Notes: generated by a model not told the origin, from the sequence alone. A stretch of 64,000 bases of DNA from an uncultured Thermoanaerobaculia bacterium (GCA_964599475.1 CAZRFU010000016.1:17619-81618); one strand, 5' to 3'. Counted from the first letter of the stretch, positions 30,886-41,469 are shown. Made by a program: numbers and translations.

Positions 30886-31059
30886 GGTGCACCACGGAGA
30901 CATGGGGAACTGCTCAGAAAATGGGTACCGGGTACCAGGTACCGGGTACTGAAGGCCGGATTTTCATCCGCTGGGGTGCACCACGGAGGCATGGGGAACT
31001 GCTCACAGATTGCCCCGAACGCCACTCCGACAAGTACCCGATACCCGGTACCCGGTACC
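30886..31059. mobile_element. MITE-like element B: heptamer-repeat inverted termini (GGGTACC GGGTACC AGGTACC GGGTAC ... GTACCCG ATACCCG GTACCCG GTACC), conserved core GGGGTGCACCACGGAGGCATGGGGAACTGCTCA, plus an upstream partial core copy
   Basis: Read directly; left arm 30923-30949, right arm 31034-31059; homologous to 35606..35756 and, in opposite orientation, to 16006..16068. Confidence 0.55.
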
Positions 31060-31131
31060 TTGCAAGCAGTGCGCGGACGGCTCGATCGTTCCTCCAGCCG
31101 GGGCGCACCACCGAGGGATCCACGGCAACGA

Positions 31132-32775
31132 CTAATCGTTCTGCATCAGGCCGCGGATCCGCCCACCGGGCTCGATGCGGACACGCCGCGCCGCGGGATC
31201 CTTGGGGAGTCCCGGCATGGTCATGATGTCGCCCGCAAGCGCCACGTAGAACCCGGCGCCGGCGGACAGCCGCACCTCGCGGATGGTGGCGATATCGCCA
31301 GGCGCCGGCCGCCCGCGTTTGGCCGGATCGTCGCCGAGGGCCAGGTGCGTCTTGGCGACACACACCGGCAGGTCCGGCCCCTCGATCGCGATCGCGTTGG
31401 CGAGGTCCTTCTTGGCCTTGGGGGTCAGCACCACGTCACTGACACCCCACGCGGTACGACCGATCAGCTTGAGCTTCTCCTCGGGGTGGACATCGAGCGG
31501 GTAGAGATGCCGGACATCCACCGGGTGAGGCTGCGCGGCCAGGACTTCGGCGACGGCGTCGGCGAGCTCGAGGGAACCATCACCTCCCTGGGCGAAGCCG
31601 TCACACGCCGCCACCGGCGTACCGCGGTCACGACCATGGGCGCGCACGATGTCGAGCTCCGCATCCGAATCGGTGGCGAAGCGGTTGAGGGCGACCACCG
31701 CCGGCACGCCGAACACCGCCAACGTCTCGAGGTGTTTGTCGAGCACGTCGAGGCCCTTGCGCAGCGCCGCTTCGTTGGGATCCCCAAGGGTTCCCGCGGC
31801 CGCGCCACCGTGGTGTTTGAGGGCCCGCAGGGTCGCGACGATCACCGCCGCGTTGGGGGCGAGGTCCTTGCGCCTTGCGACGATGTCGAGGTACTTTTCG
31901 CCACCGAGGTCGCAGCCGAAGCCACCTTCGGTGACCACGACATCGGCGTGGGCGAGTGCAATCCGGCTCGCGACCACACTCGAGCAGCCGTGGGCGATGT
32001 TGGCGAACGGCCCGCCGTGCACGAACGCCGGCCCTCCTTCGCGGGTCTGCACCAGGTTCGGCATGTGGGCGTCGCGCAGCAGGGCGGTCATCGCCGCAGC
32101 CGCCTGGATGTCGCTCGCGCGGACCGCCGAGCCGTCCGGGCGCCGACCGATGACGATCTTGCCGAGCCGGCGCTCGAGGTCGGCGAGGTCGTCGGCGAGG
32201 CAGAAGATCGCCATCACTTCGCTCGCGGCGGTGATGTCGAAGCGGGTCTCGCGCGGCACGCCGTGCACCGGGCCGCCGAGGCCGATGATCGCGTGCCGCA
32301 ACGCCCGGTCGTTCATGTCGAGCACGCGCGGCCAGGTCACGGTGCGCGCATCGATCGGCTCGCCGAAGTGCAACGCGGCGTCGAGCAGCGCCGCCAGCAG
32401 ATTGTGGGCCGCCGAGATCGCGTGGAGATCACCGGTGAAGTGCAGGTTGATCGCGTCGGCCGGCTCGATCGTCGCGAGCCCGCCGCCGGTGCCACCACCC
32501 TTGACCCCGAACACTGGGCCGAGCGAGGGTTCACGCAGGGACGGCACCGCGAGCTTGCCGCGTTTGCGCAAACCCATGGCGAGCGCAATCGACATCGAGG
32601 TCTTGCCTTCGCCCGCGGGCGTCGGGTTGATCGCAGTGACGAGGACCAGTTGGCCTCGACGGGCATCGGCTCGGGGTGCAGCCGCGATCTTGGCGCGGTG
32701 GGGACCCCACGGGAGGACGACGTCACGGGCGAGACCGAGCTCGTCCGCAACCGCTTCGATTGGACGCAGTGTCAT
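31132..32775 (-). CDS. fhs: formate--tetrahydrofolate ligase
   Basis: 547 aa; PTPAGEGKTT...GGGLATIEPADAINLHFTGD. Confidence 0.95.
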   Translation of the reverse strand: MTLRPIEAVADELGLARDVVLPWGPHRAKIAAAPRADARRGQLVLVTAINPTPAGEGKTSMSIALAMGLRKRGKLAVPSLREPSLGPVFGVKGGGTGGGLATIEPADAINLHFTGDLHAISAAHNLLAALLDAALHFGEPIDARTVTWPRVLDMNDRALRHAIIGLGGPVHGVPRETRFDITAASEVMAIFCLADDLADLERRLGKIVIGRRPDGSAVRASDIQAAAAMTALLRDAHMPNLVQTREGGPAFVHGGPFANIAHGCSSVVASRIALAHADVVVTEGGFGCDLGGEKYLDIVARRKDLAPNAAVIVATLRALKHHGGAAAGTLGDPNEAALRKGLDVLDKHLETLAVFGVPAVVALNRFATDSDAELDIVRAHGRDRGTPVAACDGFAQGGDGSLELADAVAEVLAAQPHPVDVRHLYPLDVHPEEKLKLIGRTAWGVSDVVLTPKAKKDLANAIAIEGPDLPVCVAKTHLALGDDPAKRGRPAPGDIATIREVRLSAGAGFYVALAGDIMTMPGLPKDPAARRVRIEPGGRIRGLMQND

Positions 32776-33074
32776 GGACGCAACGATATCCCGCCGGCCT
32801 CGAACTGCGCATCACCCGAAGGTGTGGGCTTGGTCCAGCCCGCGGGAGACTCAGCCGCGTTCGCGCGCTTGCGACATTTCTCGAGGGTACCGTCAGTGGC
32901 TCGCCTCCGCTTGGTCGTGAGGTCGTGCGCTCCGCTCGACGACCGCTGCGGACCTCGGCACCACCGGATCCCAGATCTCGGCTCCCGGCCTTGGTCCCCC
33001 TATCGTCGACCGACTGCTGGTCAGCGAGCAGGGCGGGCGGTGGTGTGGAGGGCTCGCGGGTTGCGGCCTCCGCG

Positions 33075-34673
33075 TTAGCGCCGCAGCTGTCGTGCCCGCG
33101 CGGCCATCGCCACGACCAAGAACGCCACCGCGGCGGCCCCGACGACACTCGCGCCCGCCGTACCGCCGATCCAGTCCAGGCTCGGCGTTTGGTTGGCCGG
33201 GCCGACGTACCACAAGGCGACGTAGAGGCCTTCGAACAGGCGGCTGGTGCCGCTTGCCACACCGCAGGCGAGGGCGAGCGCCGGCACCATGGCGAGTCCG
33301 GCAGCGGCCACCGCCGCTCGAGCCCACGCGCCCTCGAGCAGCAGGCGGACGATCCAGGGTGCGAGCACCAGACCCGCGATCACCACTCCCGCGATCCAGG
33401 CCGCGATCACCTGCCGGCCGACCGGGCGCGGCGCCGCGAAGAGGATCTGATCGGTGCCGTGAGTGTGCTCGCGCGTGCCGAGCTTCGACCAGATCAGGAT
33501 CGGCATCAGCGCCGCCGCCACCGCGAAACCCTGCGCCGCGTCGCGACTCGAAAAGCACAGGATCGCGGTGGGGATCAGCAGCATCACTCGCAACGGCCAG
33601 GAGAGAGTCCCGAAAGCCAGGGCAAGCTCGGCGCGGACCAATCCCGCGAGCCGCCCACTGATCTCGAACGCCGGCAGCCGGGGCACTGCGCCCGCCGACC
33701 GCCAGCTGTCGGCTACCGTGGGCGCGGCCTGGCGGGCACGGCGCCGACCGCCGCTTCGAAGACTCGAAAAGCGGTCGAACCACGCGGCGGCGAACACCAC
33801 CACGGCAAACGACGCCAACACCACCAGCAGCCGCGGCCCAACCGTCGAGAGGCCCATATCGAGCCCGTTCCACTCGAACGCGGCGGCTCCGGTCGACAAT
33901 GACCCGCCGCCGATGTTGAAGGTGAACTGCCCCGGCTCGGCCCCGGTCGCGGCGACGTAGTCGGCGATCAGGTCACGCCGCACGATGCCCATGCCGAGCC
34001 AATCCCACACCCCGCCCCCTGTCAGCACCACCGCCGCGCCGAGCGACCAGAAGAAGAACCACACCACGTTGCCGACACCACCGCGCAGGCCCGGAATGGT
34101 CTCGAACAGCACCGCACCCGCTGCCACCGCCATCGCCGCCGGGAGGGCCACCACCAGGCTCGGCCACAACAGCGGCCACAGCTCCATCGCCGCCTCACCC
34201 CGTTGCCACTGCAGCAGCGCAGTGGCCGCCCCGAGGATCACGATACTCGTCGCAAACAGCACCACGTTGGCGAGCCACTTGGACGTGAGATAGGCCCACG
34301 ACGGCAGCGGTGTGGTCGCGAGCAGCTCGCCGACCCGTGAGCTGCGGTCGAAGGCGACGGTGCCCTTGACGAAGTAGAAACCGACCATGGTGACGAAGAA
34401 GCTCGTGGCCAGTGCCATCATGGTTCCAAGCCAGGCCGAATCGAGGGTGCCGCGCACCGCGCCCAGCCCCATTTCGACGTGGCCGGCAAAGCCCAACCAG
34501 CCGAAGCCGAGGGTGGCCACCACCATCGCCAGGAAGCTCCCGCGCCGCAGGCGCTCTTTCAGATCACCGACCGCCACGGCCGCGATCTGCACCACCGTCG
34601 GCCGACGCGGCCCGGCGAGGGCACCCGCCGCCAGAGAAAACCCCGCGACCAGCGGATGGTCGCCGGCGATCAC
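33075..34673 (-). CDS. ABC-2-type transporter permease (start inferred at GTG 34673, GTGA overlap with the ATPase stop)
   Basis: Multiple TM segments through the supplied ORF 33075..34871, whose N-terminus is an antisense artefact. Confidence 0.55.
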   Translation of the reverse strand: MIAGDHPLVAGFSLAAGALAGPRRPTVVQIAAVAVGDLKERLRRGSFLAMVVATLGFGWLGFAGHVEMGLGAVRGTLDSAWLGTMMALATSFFVTMVGFYFVKGTVAFDRSSRVGELLATTPLPSWAYLTSKWLANVVLFATSIVILGAATALLQWQRGEAAMELWPLLWPSLVVALPAAMAVAAGAVLFETIPGLRGGVGNVVWFFFWSLGAAVVLTGGGVWDWLGMGIVRRDLIADYVAATGAEPGQFTFNIGGGSLSTGAAAFEWNGLDMGLSTVGPRLLVVLASFAVVVFAAAWFDRFSSLRSGGRRRARQAAPTVADSWRSAGAVPRLPAFEISGRLAGLVRAELALAFGTLSWPLRVMLLIPTAILCFSSRDAAQGFAVAAALMPILIWSKLGTREHTHGTDQILFAAPRPVGRQVIAAWIAGVVIAGLVLAPWIVRLLLEGAWARAAVAAAGLAMVPALALACGVASGTSRLFEGLYVALWYVGPANQTPSLDWIGGTAGASVVGAAAVAFLVVAMAARARQLRR

Positions 34674-35548
34674 GCCGCCACCTCGAGCTGGTCCTGGCCC
34701 AGGTTGACCAGATAGGCATCCTCGAGCGTCGGCGCCACGCCGATCGCCTCGGCCGCCGGCCGCGAACCAACGACGCGCAGCTGGACCCCGTCGCTGCGGC
34801 GGATGGTCCCGGAAACCAGGTGGCGACCCCGCAGCTCGGCGACTGCCGTGCTCGGTACCGTCCACTGCCACACCCGGCCGTCGAGCTCCGCCAACAGCTC
34901 CTCGGGGGTGGCGCGGCGGACCAACCGCCCCCCGGCGATCAACACCAAGTCGGTGGCGATCGCCTCGACGTCGGAGACCACGTGGGTCGAGAGCACCACG
35001 ATCCGCTCCCCGGCGAGATCCGCCAGCAGGTTGCGCAGTCGGACACGCTCTTCGGGATCGAGTCCCGCCGTCGGCTCGTCGACGATCAGGAGCTTGGGGT
35101 CATTGAGCAGTGCCTGAGCGATACCCACCCGCTGGCGCATCCCGCCGGAGTACCCACCCAGGGGACGGTGGCGCGCGTCCCCAAGATTGACCAGGTCGAG
35201 CAGCTGATCGATTCGCTGGGTCGCGAGGCGCGCAGGGATGCCCTTGGCCGCAGCGATGTAGGCGAGAAACTCGACCGCGCTCAGCTGCGGATAGACCCCG
35301 AAGTCCTGCGGCAGGTAGCCGAGCTCGACGCGCAGGCGGTTGGGCTCGGCCAGCACGTCGACGCCGTTCCACGAGATCGCCCCCGCGGTCGGCCGATTGA
35401 CCGTCGCCAGGATCCGCATCAGGGTCGACTTGCCGGCGCCATTCGGCCCCAGCAGTCCCACCACCCCCGGCCGCAACACCGCCGAAAAGCCCTGCAAGCC
35501 CCACTCGTTGCCGTAGCGCTTCCCGACCCCGTCGATCACCAAGCTCAT
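34670..35548 (-). CDS. ABC transporter ATP-binding protein
   Basis: ATG 35548 after GAGGGAG; Walker A GPNGAGKST, signature YSGGMRQR, Walker B LLIVDEPTAGLD. Confidence 0.85.
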   Translation of the reverse strand: MSLVIDGVGKRYGNEWGLQGFSAVLRPGVVGLLGPNGAGKSTLMRILATVNRPTAGAISWNGVDVLAEPNRLRVELGYLPQDFGVYPQLSAVEFLAYIAAAKGIPARLATQRIDQLLDLVNLGDARHRPLGGYSGGMRQRVGIAQALLNDPKLLIVDEPTAGLDPEERVRLRNLLADLAGERIVVLSTHVVSDVEAIATDLVLIAGGRLVRRATPEELLAELDGRVWQWTVPSTAVAELRGRHLVSGTIRRSDGVQLRVVGSRPAAEAIGVAPTLEDAYLVNLGQDQLEVAA

Positions 35549-35605
35549 CGCGTGCTCCCTCGTCGTCTGGAGAGACAACGCCCGGAACGCAGAGGTGTTA
35601 CGTGA

Positions 35606-35756
35606 GGGACCGGGGACCAGGGACCCGGGACCCGGGATACCAGAGACGGGCACTTGATTTCATCCCCCGGGGTGCAGCACCCAGGGGTGCATGGGAACTG
35701 CTCAGAAGGATGCCCTCACCGCTCCGGCGAGTACCCGATACCCGGCACCCGGTGCC
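35606..35756. mobile_element. MITE-like element C (same family as 30886..31059): GGGACC-type heptamer arms flanking the same core; partial core copy follows at about 35775-35815
   Basis: Direct alignment to element B over about 140 bp. Confidence 0.55.
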
Positions 35757-35823
35757 ACGCCGGTGGCGCACAGACGGTCCGATTTCATTCAACCTGGGCG
35801 TACCACCGAAGGCCCATGGGCAA

Positions 35824-37503
35824 CTACACAAAGAGGCGCGGCGGGGCCTTGGCCTGGTAGTCACCGTCGCGCAGCTCCTCGCCGTCAGGGGTGCCGAAGC
35901 GGCCGGGCGCGAGGAAGGCGAGGATGCGATTGCGGCCGTTGCCCTTGGCGGCGTAGAGCGCCTGGTCGGAAAGCTCGAGCAGCTCCTTGCCGGACTCGAC
36001 GAACAGGCCCGGGAAGGTCGCCACGCCTCCCGACATGGTGACCGGCAGCCGTTCGCCCTCGAACCAGATCGGCAGCGCTTCGACCTCGGCGCGCAGACGT
36101 TCGACCACCGCGATCGCCTCCTCGGCCCCGAGTCCTTCGAGCAACAACGCAAACTCCTCGCCGCCCCACCTGGCGCACAGGTCGTCGTCGCGCAGCCGAC
36201 TGCGCAGCACCGCAGCAGCGTGGATCAGCGCCTGATCACCTGCCGCGTGGCCGTAGACGTCGTTGATGCGCTTGAAGAAATCGAGGTCGACCAGCGCCAC
36301 CGACACACTCTCGCCGCGCTCGGCGGCGCGCTCGAACGACTCCACCAGCCGCCGTTCGAACACCCGCCGCAGCGCCGCGCCCGTCAACGGATCCTCCCGC
36401 GCCTCGCGTCCCAGCACTCCGCGGTGGAGCCGCGCTCCGAGCTGCGGCAGCAGCCGTTCGATCAGCTCGGTCGACTGGCGGCCGAGGCGCCGCGGATCAC
36501 ACCACAACCGCACCACGGCAAGGGGTCGTCCCTCTGCCTCGAGCTCGTGCTCGAGCAGTTTCCAGCCCGAACGCCGGTGGATCCCCGGCAACATCGGCGG
36601 CGCCGTCGGCGGTTGGGGTCGGCCGACCACCAGGGAACCATCCGGGTCGCCCGCCCACTCCTGGCCCTCGCGACCATGCGCGACCACCTCGAGATGGAAC
36701 CACTCGATCGGCACAGCGTGGCGCAGCTCGCGCCAGATGCTCGCCACCGCCTCCTCCAGATCCGAGGCGCCGCGGCTGAGCCGTTCGCCGGCGCGGCTGA
36801 GGCGTTCGAGCTCGCGGCCGCGCTGGCGCTCCCGCGTCGCCCGACGCCGCGACTCGAGCAGCTCGAGAGCTGCGGCTGCGGCCACCACGGCGACCGCATA
36901 CCTCCCCAGCGGCGGGCTCGCGGCAGCGGCCCAGATGATGATGTCGGCCACCGTCCGCACGGCGGCCCTGGGCCCGGGATCGAGCCGATTCGTCGCGGCG
37001 AGCCCCGCGGTTCCCGCAAGGCCGGCGGTGATCGCAACGATCAGCAGCTGCGCCGGCTCGGAGGCCCCCACCGCGGTCGCGGCCCGAGACGCCATCGACG
37101 CTGCAGCCACCGACGCGATCACCACGGCAAGCGCGACTCCGGCGCAGCGCAATCGCTCGCGGCGTCGGTCGACACCATCGACCCACCACGCGACGATGGC
37201 CCCGCCGAGGCTCCCAACTGCGGCGAGCAGCAACGCGGTGCGCACCAGCCCGTCGGCGACGAGGGGGGCAATCACCAGCGCACCCCAGCCGAGGCCCGGT
37301 GTGGTCGCACCCCGCGCAGCCACGGCGGTGATCACCACCCCTGAGGTCACCAGGATCCAAGCCCAGTCGATCCGAGACCGGTCGAGCATCCACAACGACA
37401 CGACCGCAATGGTCACGAGGGCGACGAGGACCAGCCGCCGACGATCGGCACGGCTGCCTGGCGAAAGTCCGGCGAGTGCCCGGGGCCGCACCACCTCACT
37501 CAT
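35824..37503 (-). CDS. membrane-anchored diguanylate cyclase (GGDEF)
   Basis: N-terminal multi-TM region; C-terminal RWGGEEFALLL with RxxD I-site-like motif. Confidence 0.8.
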   Translation of the reverse strand: MSEVVRPRALAGLSPGSRADRRRLVLVALVTIAVVSLWMLDRSRIDWAWILVTSGVVITAVAARGATTPGLGWGALVIAPLVADGLVRTALLLAAVGSLGGAIVAWWVDGVDRRRERLRCAGVALAVVIASVAAASMASRAATAVGASEPAQLLIVAITAGLAGTAGLAATNRLDPGPRAAVRTVADIIIWAAAASPPLGRYAVAVVAAAAALELLESRRRATRERQRGRELERLSRAGERLSRGASDLEEAVASIWRELRHAVPIEWFHLEVVAHGREGQEWAGDPDGSLVVGRPQPPTAPPMLPGIHRRSGWKLLEHELEAEGRPLAVVRLWCDPRRLGRQSTELIERLLPQLGARLHRGVLGREAREDPLTGAALRRVFERRLVESFERAAERGESVSVALVDLDFFKRINDVYGHAAGDQALIHAAAVLRSRLRDDDLCARWGGEEFALLLEGLGAEEAIAVVERLRAEVEALPIWFEGERLPVTMSGGVATFPGLFVESGKELLELSDQALYAAKGNGRNRILAFLAPGRFGTPDGEELRDGDYQAKAPPRLFV

Positions 37504-38492
37504 CGACCAGCGTCTCTCGCTGTCGGCAGCAGATCAAAACCGTTGGCTGCCCGCACCCCCCGCAAAACGGCCTGCTCGACCACCAGCTGGGCGAGAACAC
37601 CGAGTTGGTGCGGGTGCGACGGAACACCCCCGGTTGCCAGAATTGCGAGTAAATCGCCGTCGTAGAGCGACAGCGCCGGCGCGAGCACTCGATGAAACGC
37701 GCCGAAGGCGATTCTGGCCGCCTGGCCGAGCGCCAGACGAGGCAACGCGGCGTTGGTCATGATCACGGCGAGCGTCGTGTTGCCGGCCGCCTCCCACGGA
37801 TGACCCTGCCCCGCCGGCTGGACCAACACCGTGCGAGCATCGATCATCTCGAGGGAGTCGGCGGCACGACGACACCCGGCCACGATGGTTCCCGATTGTG
37901 GGTCGATCACGTCACCGAAGGCGTTGACCGCAACGACCGCCGCGACCTCGAGCTCACCGACGCGAATCCGCGCGAACCCGATCCCTCCCTTCATGCCGCA
38001 CTGCCGCCCGTTGGCTTTGCCGACGGTCGCGCCGGTGCCGGCGCCGACACTGCCGATCTCCACGGCGCCGGCCGAGGAGCTCTGGAGGGCTGCTCGCACC
38101 AAATCGGCAGTCGGCCGTGCTCCCGGGTCGCCGAAACCCAGGTCGAAGAGGATCGCCGTCGGCACCAAGGGTACCTTCCCGACCCCGGTATCGAACCCCA
38201 CGCCCGCCCTCTCGAGGTACTTCACCACCTCGTCTGCCGCGCTCAACCCGAAGGCACTGCCTCCCGCCAACACGAACGCGTGAACCGGGGGGCCGAGGTG
38301 CCAGGGGTTGACCAGGGCATCGAGCTGTCGCGTCCCGCTCGCGCTGCCCCGGACTTCGGCCACTGCGCTGGCGCCTGCGGGGCACAAGATCACGGTGACT
38401 CCGGTTCCACCGGCCGCATCGGTGCCGTGTCCGAGCGTGAAACCCGGCACCGCCAGCTCGAGAGACGCCTCGACGTGCACTCCGTCCACCAC
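37500..38492 (-). CDS. peptidase family S58 (DmpA/L-aminopeptidase D-Ala-esterase-like)
   Basis: 330 aa, Gly-rich DmpA-like profile; ATGA overlap with the DGC start. Confidence 0.65.
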   Translation of the reverse strand: MVDGVHVEASLELAVPGFTLGHGTDAAGGTGVTVILCPAGASAVAEVRGSASGTRQLDALVNPWHLGPPVHAFVLAGGSAFGLSAADEVVKYLERAGVGFDTGVGKVPLVPTAILFDLGFGDPGARPTADLVRAALQSSSAGAVEIGSVGAGTGATVGKANGRQCGMKGGIGFARIRVGELEVAAVVAVNAFGDVIDPQSGTIVAGCRRAADSLEMIDARTVLVQPAGQGHPWEAAGNTTLAVIMTNAALPRLALGQAARIAFGAFHRVLAPALSLYDGDLLAILATGGVPSHPHQLGVLAQLVVEQAVLRGVRAANGFDLLPTARDAGR

Positions 38493-38616
38493 GCGGAGAT
38501 CCTACGCGCGACCGGTCGAGTGCGGGCGCGAGGTTTCCTCGACGGTCGCGCTTGACGTAGAATCTGGGAACTCGGGTTTCCTCCCGATTCCCTTGCATGC
38601 GACCTCCCCCGGGGAA

Positions 38617-39117
38617 GGACGGCTGATGCGCTCCGAAAGCTTGGTCATTTTCGACGAAGAGTACCACCACCTCGAAGAGGCTCTAAGCCGACTTCGCGCC
38701 GACGCCAACGCCAAGGCGGTGTTCCTGATCGACAAGAACGGTCAGGAGATCGCCTCGGCCGGCGAAACCGAGAAGTTCGACTCGACCTCCTTGGCATCGT
38801 TGACCGCCGGCAACGTCGCTGCGACCGACGGTCTTGCCAAGGTCATCGGCGAACGCGAGTTTTCGGTGCTGTTCCACGAGGGTCAACAAGACCACATTCA
38901 CATCTCGATCGTGGCCCGACGCGCGATCCTGCTGGTCATCTTCGACGAGCGCAGCTCCCTCGGGCTGGTGCGCCTCAGGGTCAAGCGGGCGAGCTCGGAG
39001 ATGGAACAGATCTTCGAGGACATGGTCAAGAAGAGCCAGCAGAGCTCGGCAGGCGACGCTGCGACGCCCTTCTCCGAGATCACCGACGACGACATCGACG
39101 CTCTGTTCGGCGAATGA
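38617..39117 (+). CDS. mglB: Roadblock/LC7-domain protein MglB (GAP of MglA)
   Basis: 166 aa, Roadblock-like, immediately upstream of mglA. Confidence 0.75.
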   Translation, partial: GRLMRSESLVIFDEEYHHLEEALSRLRADANAKAVFLIDKNGQEIASAGETEKFDSTSLASLTAGNVAATDGLAKVIGEREFSVLFHEGQQDHIHISIVARRAILLVIFDERSSLGLVRLRVKRASSEMEQIFEDMVKKSQQSSAGDAATPFSEITDDDIDALFGE

Positions 39118-39142
39118 TCGCGGGTGGCAGCGAGAGCCTTCG

Positions 39143-39727
39143 ATGACCTACATCAACTACGCCAGCAAAGAAATCAACTGCAAGATCGTCTACTACGGCC
39201 CCGGGCTGGGTGGCAAGACCACCAATCTGCAGTACATCTACGGCAAGACCGCGCCTGATGCCAAGGGCAAGATGATCTCGCTTGCGACCGAAGCCGATCG
39301 CACGCTCTTCTTCGACTTCTTGCCCCTCGACCTCGGGTCGATTCGCGGCTTCAAGACCCGTTTTCATCTCTACACCGTCCCCGGCCAGGTGTTCTACGAC
39401 GCGAGCCGCAAGCTCATCCTCAAGGGCGCCGACGGCGTGGTGTTCGTCGCGGACAGCCAGGAAGAGCGGATGGATGCGAACATCGACTCGATCCGCAACC
39501 TCGAAGAGAACCTCACCGAGCATGGGCTCGACCTGACCACCATCCCCTACGCCCTGCAATTCAACAAGCGCGACCTGCCGACCGCCATGCCGGTCGACCA
39601 GATGTACCGCATGCTCAACTACAAGCGCGAACCGACCTTCGAGGCCGTCGCCTCGGACGGCATGGGGGTGTTCGACACCCTGAAGTCGGTGGCCAAGCAG
39701 ATCCTCGTCGAGCTGCGCAAACGCTGA
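39143..39727 (+). CDS. mglA: Ras-like small GTPase MglA
   Basis: [23 protein letters not shown], near identical to the Myxococcus MglA N-terminus. Confidence 0.9.
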   Translation: MTYINYASKEINCKIVYYGPGLGGKTTNLQYIYGKTAPDAKGKMISLATEADRTLFFDFLPLDLGSIRGFKTRFHLYTVPGQVFYDASRKLILKGADGVVFVADSQEERMDANIDSIRNLEENLTEHGLDLTTIPYALQFNKRDLPTAMPVDQMYRMLNYKREPTFEAVASDGMGVFDTLKSVAKQILVELRKR

Positions 39728-39865
39728 GCTCGGGAGCCATCGCTCCCCATGATCGACGTCTACGACCCTCTGCGCCGCGAGCTGCTCGATCTCCCCCTCG
39801 AGCACCGCGGATCTTCATTTCTCCCCGAGGCCTGAGCGCCCTTCCGCCCCCAAAGGAGCCCTGCG

Positions 39866-40483
39866 ATGAGCAAGCGCTGGCAAAAAGTCGAAGTCCAATA
39901 CCTGACCAAACACGCCACCTCCAAGACCGTCGACGAGTTGGCTGAGCGATTCCACACCGACGCCGCCGAGGTGACGGCCAAACTCATCGAGCTTGGGCTG
40001 ATCGCCGACCCGAACGGCGGCAACGGCGACCAGGAGGCGGCCGCACTGGCTGCTTTCGAAAGTGGCCTCGAAGCCTTGTTCGCCCAACGACACGCGGCCG
40101 CGCTCGAGAGTTTCCGCACCGCGGCGGCGATCGGCGACGAGTACCCCGACCTCGCAGCGCGCAGTCGGCAGTACCTCGACATCGCCGCTCGCAAGCTCGC
40201 CGAGGCGCCCGAGCCCGACCCGTTTGCGGTTGCAGTGTGGTCCAAGAACGTCGGTGACCTGCAGGGCGCTTTGGCGCACGCCACCCCACTCGCCGGCAAG
40301 GACGAGCGGTTCACCTACCTGGCGGCAGCGACGTCGAGCCTGGCCGGCGACACCGCACGCGCCCTCGACTATCTCGCCAAGGCGATCGAAATGATGCCGC
40401 GGAATCGACGCTTTGCGGCCAACGATCCCGACTTCGAGGCACTGCGTGGCGACGCCTCCTTCGCCGCGCTGGTCCGCGGCTGA
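39866..40483 (+). CDS. hypothetical protein (helical)
   Basis: 205-aa ORF downstream of mglBA with no recognisable motif. Confidence 0.45.
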   Translation: MSKRWQKVEVQYLTKHATSKTVDELAERFHTDAAEVTAKLIELGLIADPNGGNGDQEAAALAAFESGLEALFAQRHAAALESFRTAAAIGDEYPDLAARSRQYLDIAARKLAEAPEPDPFAVAVWSKNVGDLQGALAHATPLAGKDERFTYLAAATSSLAGDTARALDYLAKAIEMMPRNRRFAANDPDFEALRGDASFAALVRG

Positions 40484-41465
40484 GGCGACGACGGAGGTCC
40501 CCGGCGACCTCCGTGTCGTCACGGTCGGGGGAGGGTCCGGCCTCTCGGTCGCGCTTTCGGGCCTCAAGCGCCATGTCGGCCGCGAGATCGCCGATCTCGC
40601 GGCGGTGGTGACCGTGGCCGACGACGGCGGCTCGTCCGGGCGCCTGCGGCGCGACTTCGGCGTGCCCGCGCCGGGTGATATCCGCAGCTGCCTGGTGGCC
40701 CTGGCCGACGACGAGGACCTGCTGGCACGGCTCTTCCAGTACCGCTTCCAGCTCGGCGAGGGACTCTCCGGCCACTCCTTCGGCAACCTCTTCCTGACCG
40801 CCGTCGCAGGGGTAACCGGGGACTTCTACCAGGCGGTCGAAACCGCAGAGAAGGTCCTCTCGGTTCGCGGCAGAATCCTGCCGGCAAGCCTCGGCGGCGA
40901 CCTTCAGCTGCGCGGGCGTGGAGTTTCGGGCAAACAGTACCAGGGCGAGTCGGCGGTCGGCCTTTCCGGCGAGCGACTGACCGAGCTCGTCCTCGACCCT
41001 CCCCACGCCCACGCCTTCCCCCCCGCGGTCGAAGCGCTCGAGCACGCCGACCTGATCGTGCTCGGGCCCGGCTCGCTGCACACCTCGATCATCCCCAATC
41101 TCCTGATCCCCGGCATTCGTGCAGCCATTCGGCGCTGCCCGGCGCCCACGGTGTTGGTCGCGAATCTGATGACCCAGCCGGGGGAAACCGACGACCTGAG
41201 CCTGCTGGATCACCTCCAGGCGATCTGGCAACACGCCGGCGAGGGGCTCGTCGACGTCGTGTTGATCAACCGCTCCCCGCTCGACCCCGCGGCCGTGGCA
41301 CACTACCGCGAAGCCGGTGCCGCACCGGTCGCGATCGACGTCGCGGCCATCGAGGCCCACGGCGTCCGGGTGGTGGCGGCGGACCTCGTTGCGCCCGGCG
41401 CCCTGGTTCGGCACGACCCCAATCATCTGGCCGAGGCCCTGCTGGGGCTGGCCGTGGAGCCTTGA
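40446..41465 (+). CDS. YvcK/CofD-family gluconeogenesis factor (UPF0052); start uncertain (GTG 40446 or TTG 40413)
   Basis: VVTVGGGSGLS... and LIVLGPGSLHTSIIPNLL motifs. Confidence 0.7.
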   Translation: MATPPSPRWSAAEATTEVPGDLRVVTVGGGSGLSVALSGLKRHVGREIADLAAVVTVADDGGSSGRLRRDFGVPAPGDIRSCLVALADDEDLLARLFQYRFQLGEGLSGHSFGNLFLTAVAGVTGDFYQAVETAEKVLSVRGRILPASLGGDLQLRGRGVSGKQYQGESAVGLSGERLTELVLDPPHAHAFPPAVEALEHADLIVLGPGSLHTSIIPNLLIPGIRAAIRRCPAPTVLVANLMTQPGETDDLSLLDHLQAIWQHAGEGLVDVVLINRSPLDPAAVAHYREAGAAPVAIDVAAIEAHGVRVVAADLVAPGALVRHDPNHLAEALLGLAVEP

Positions 41466-41469
41466 CCCC

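Noticed and set aside
32776-33074. Possible ZTP (pfl) riboswitch upstream of fhs
   Set aside because: fhs is a classic ZTP-riboswitch target, but I could not find the GGGUCGUGAC...CCGGGC / CCGCC..GGGC pseudoknot signature on the minus strand. Left uncalled; an Infernal scan with RF01750 would settle it.
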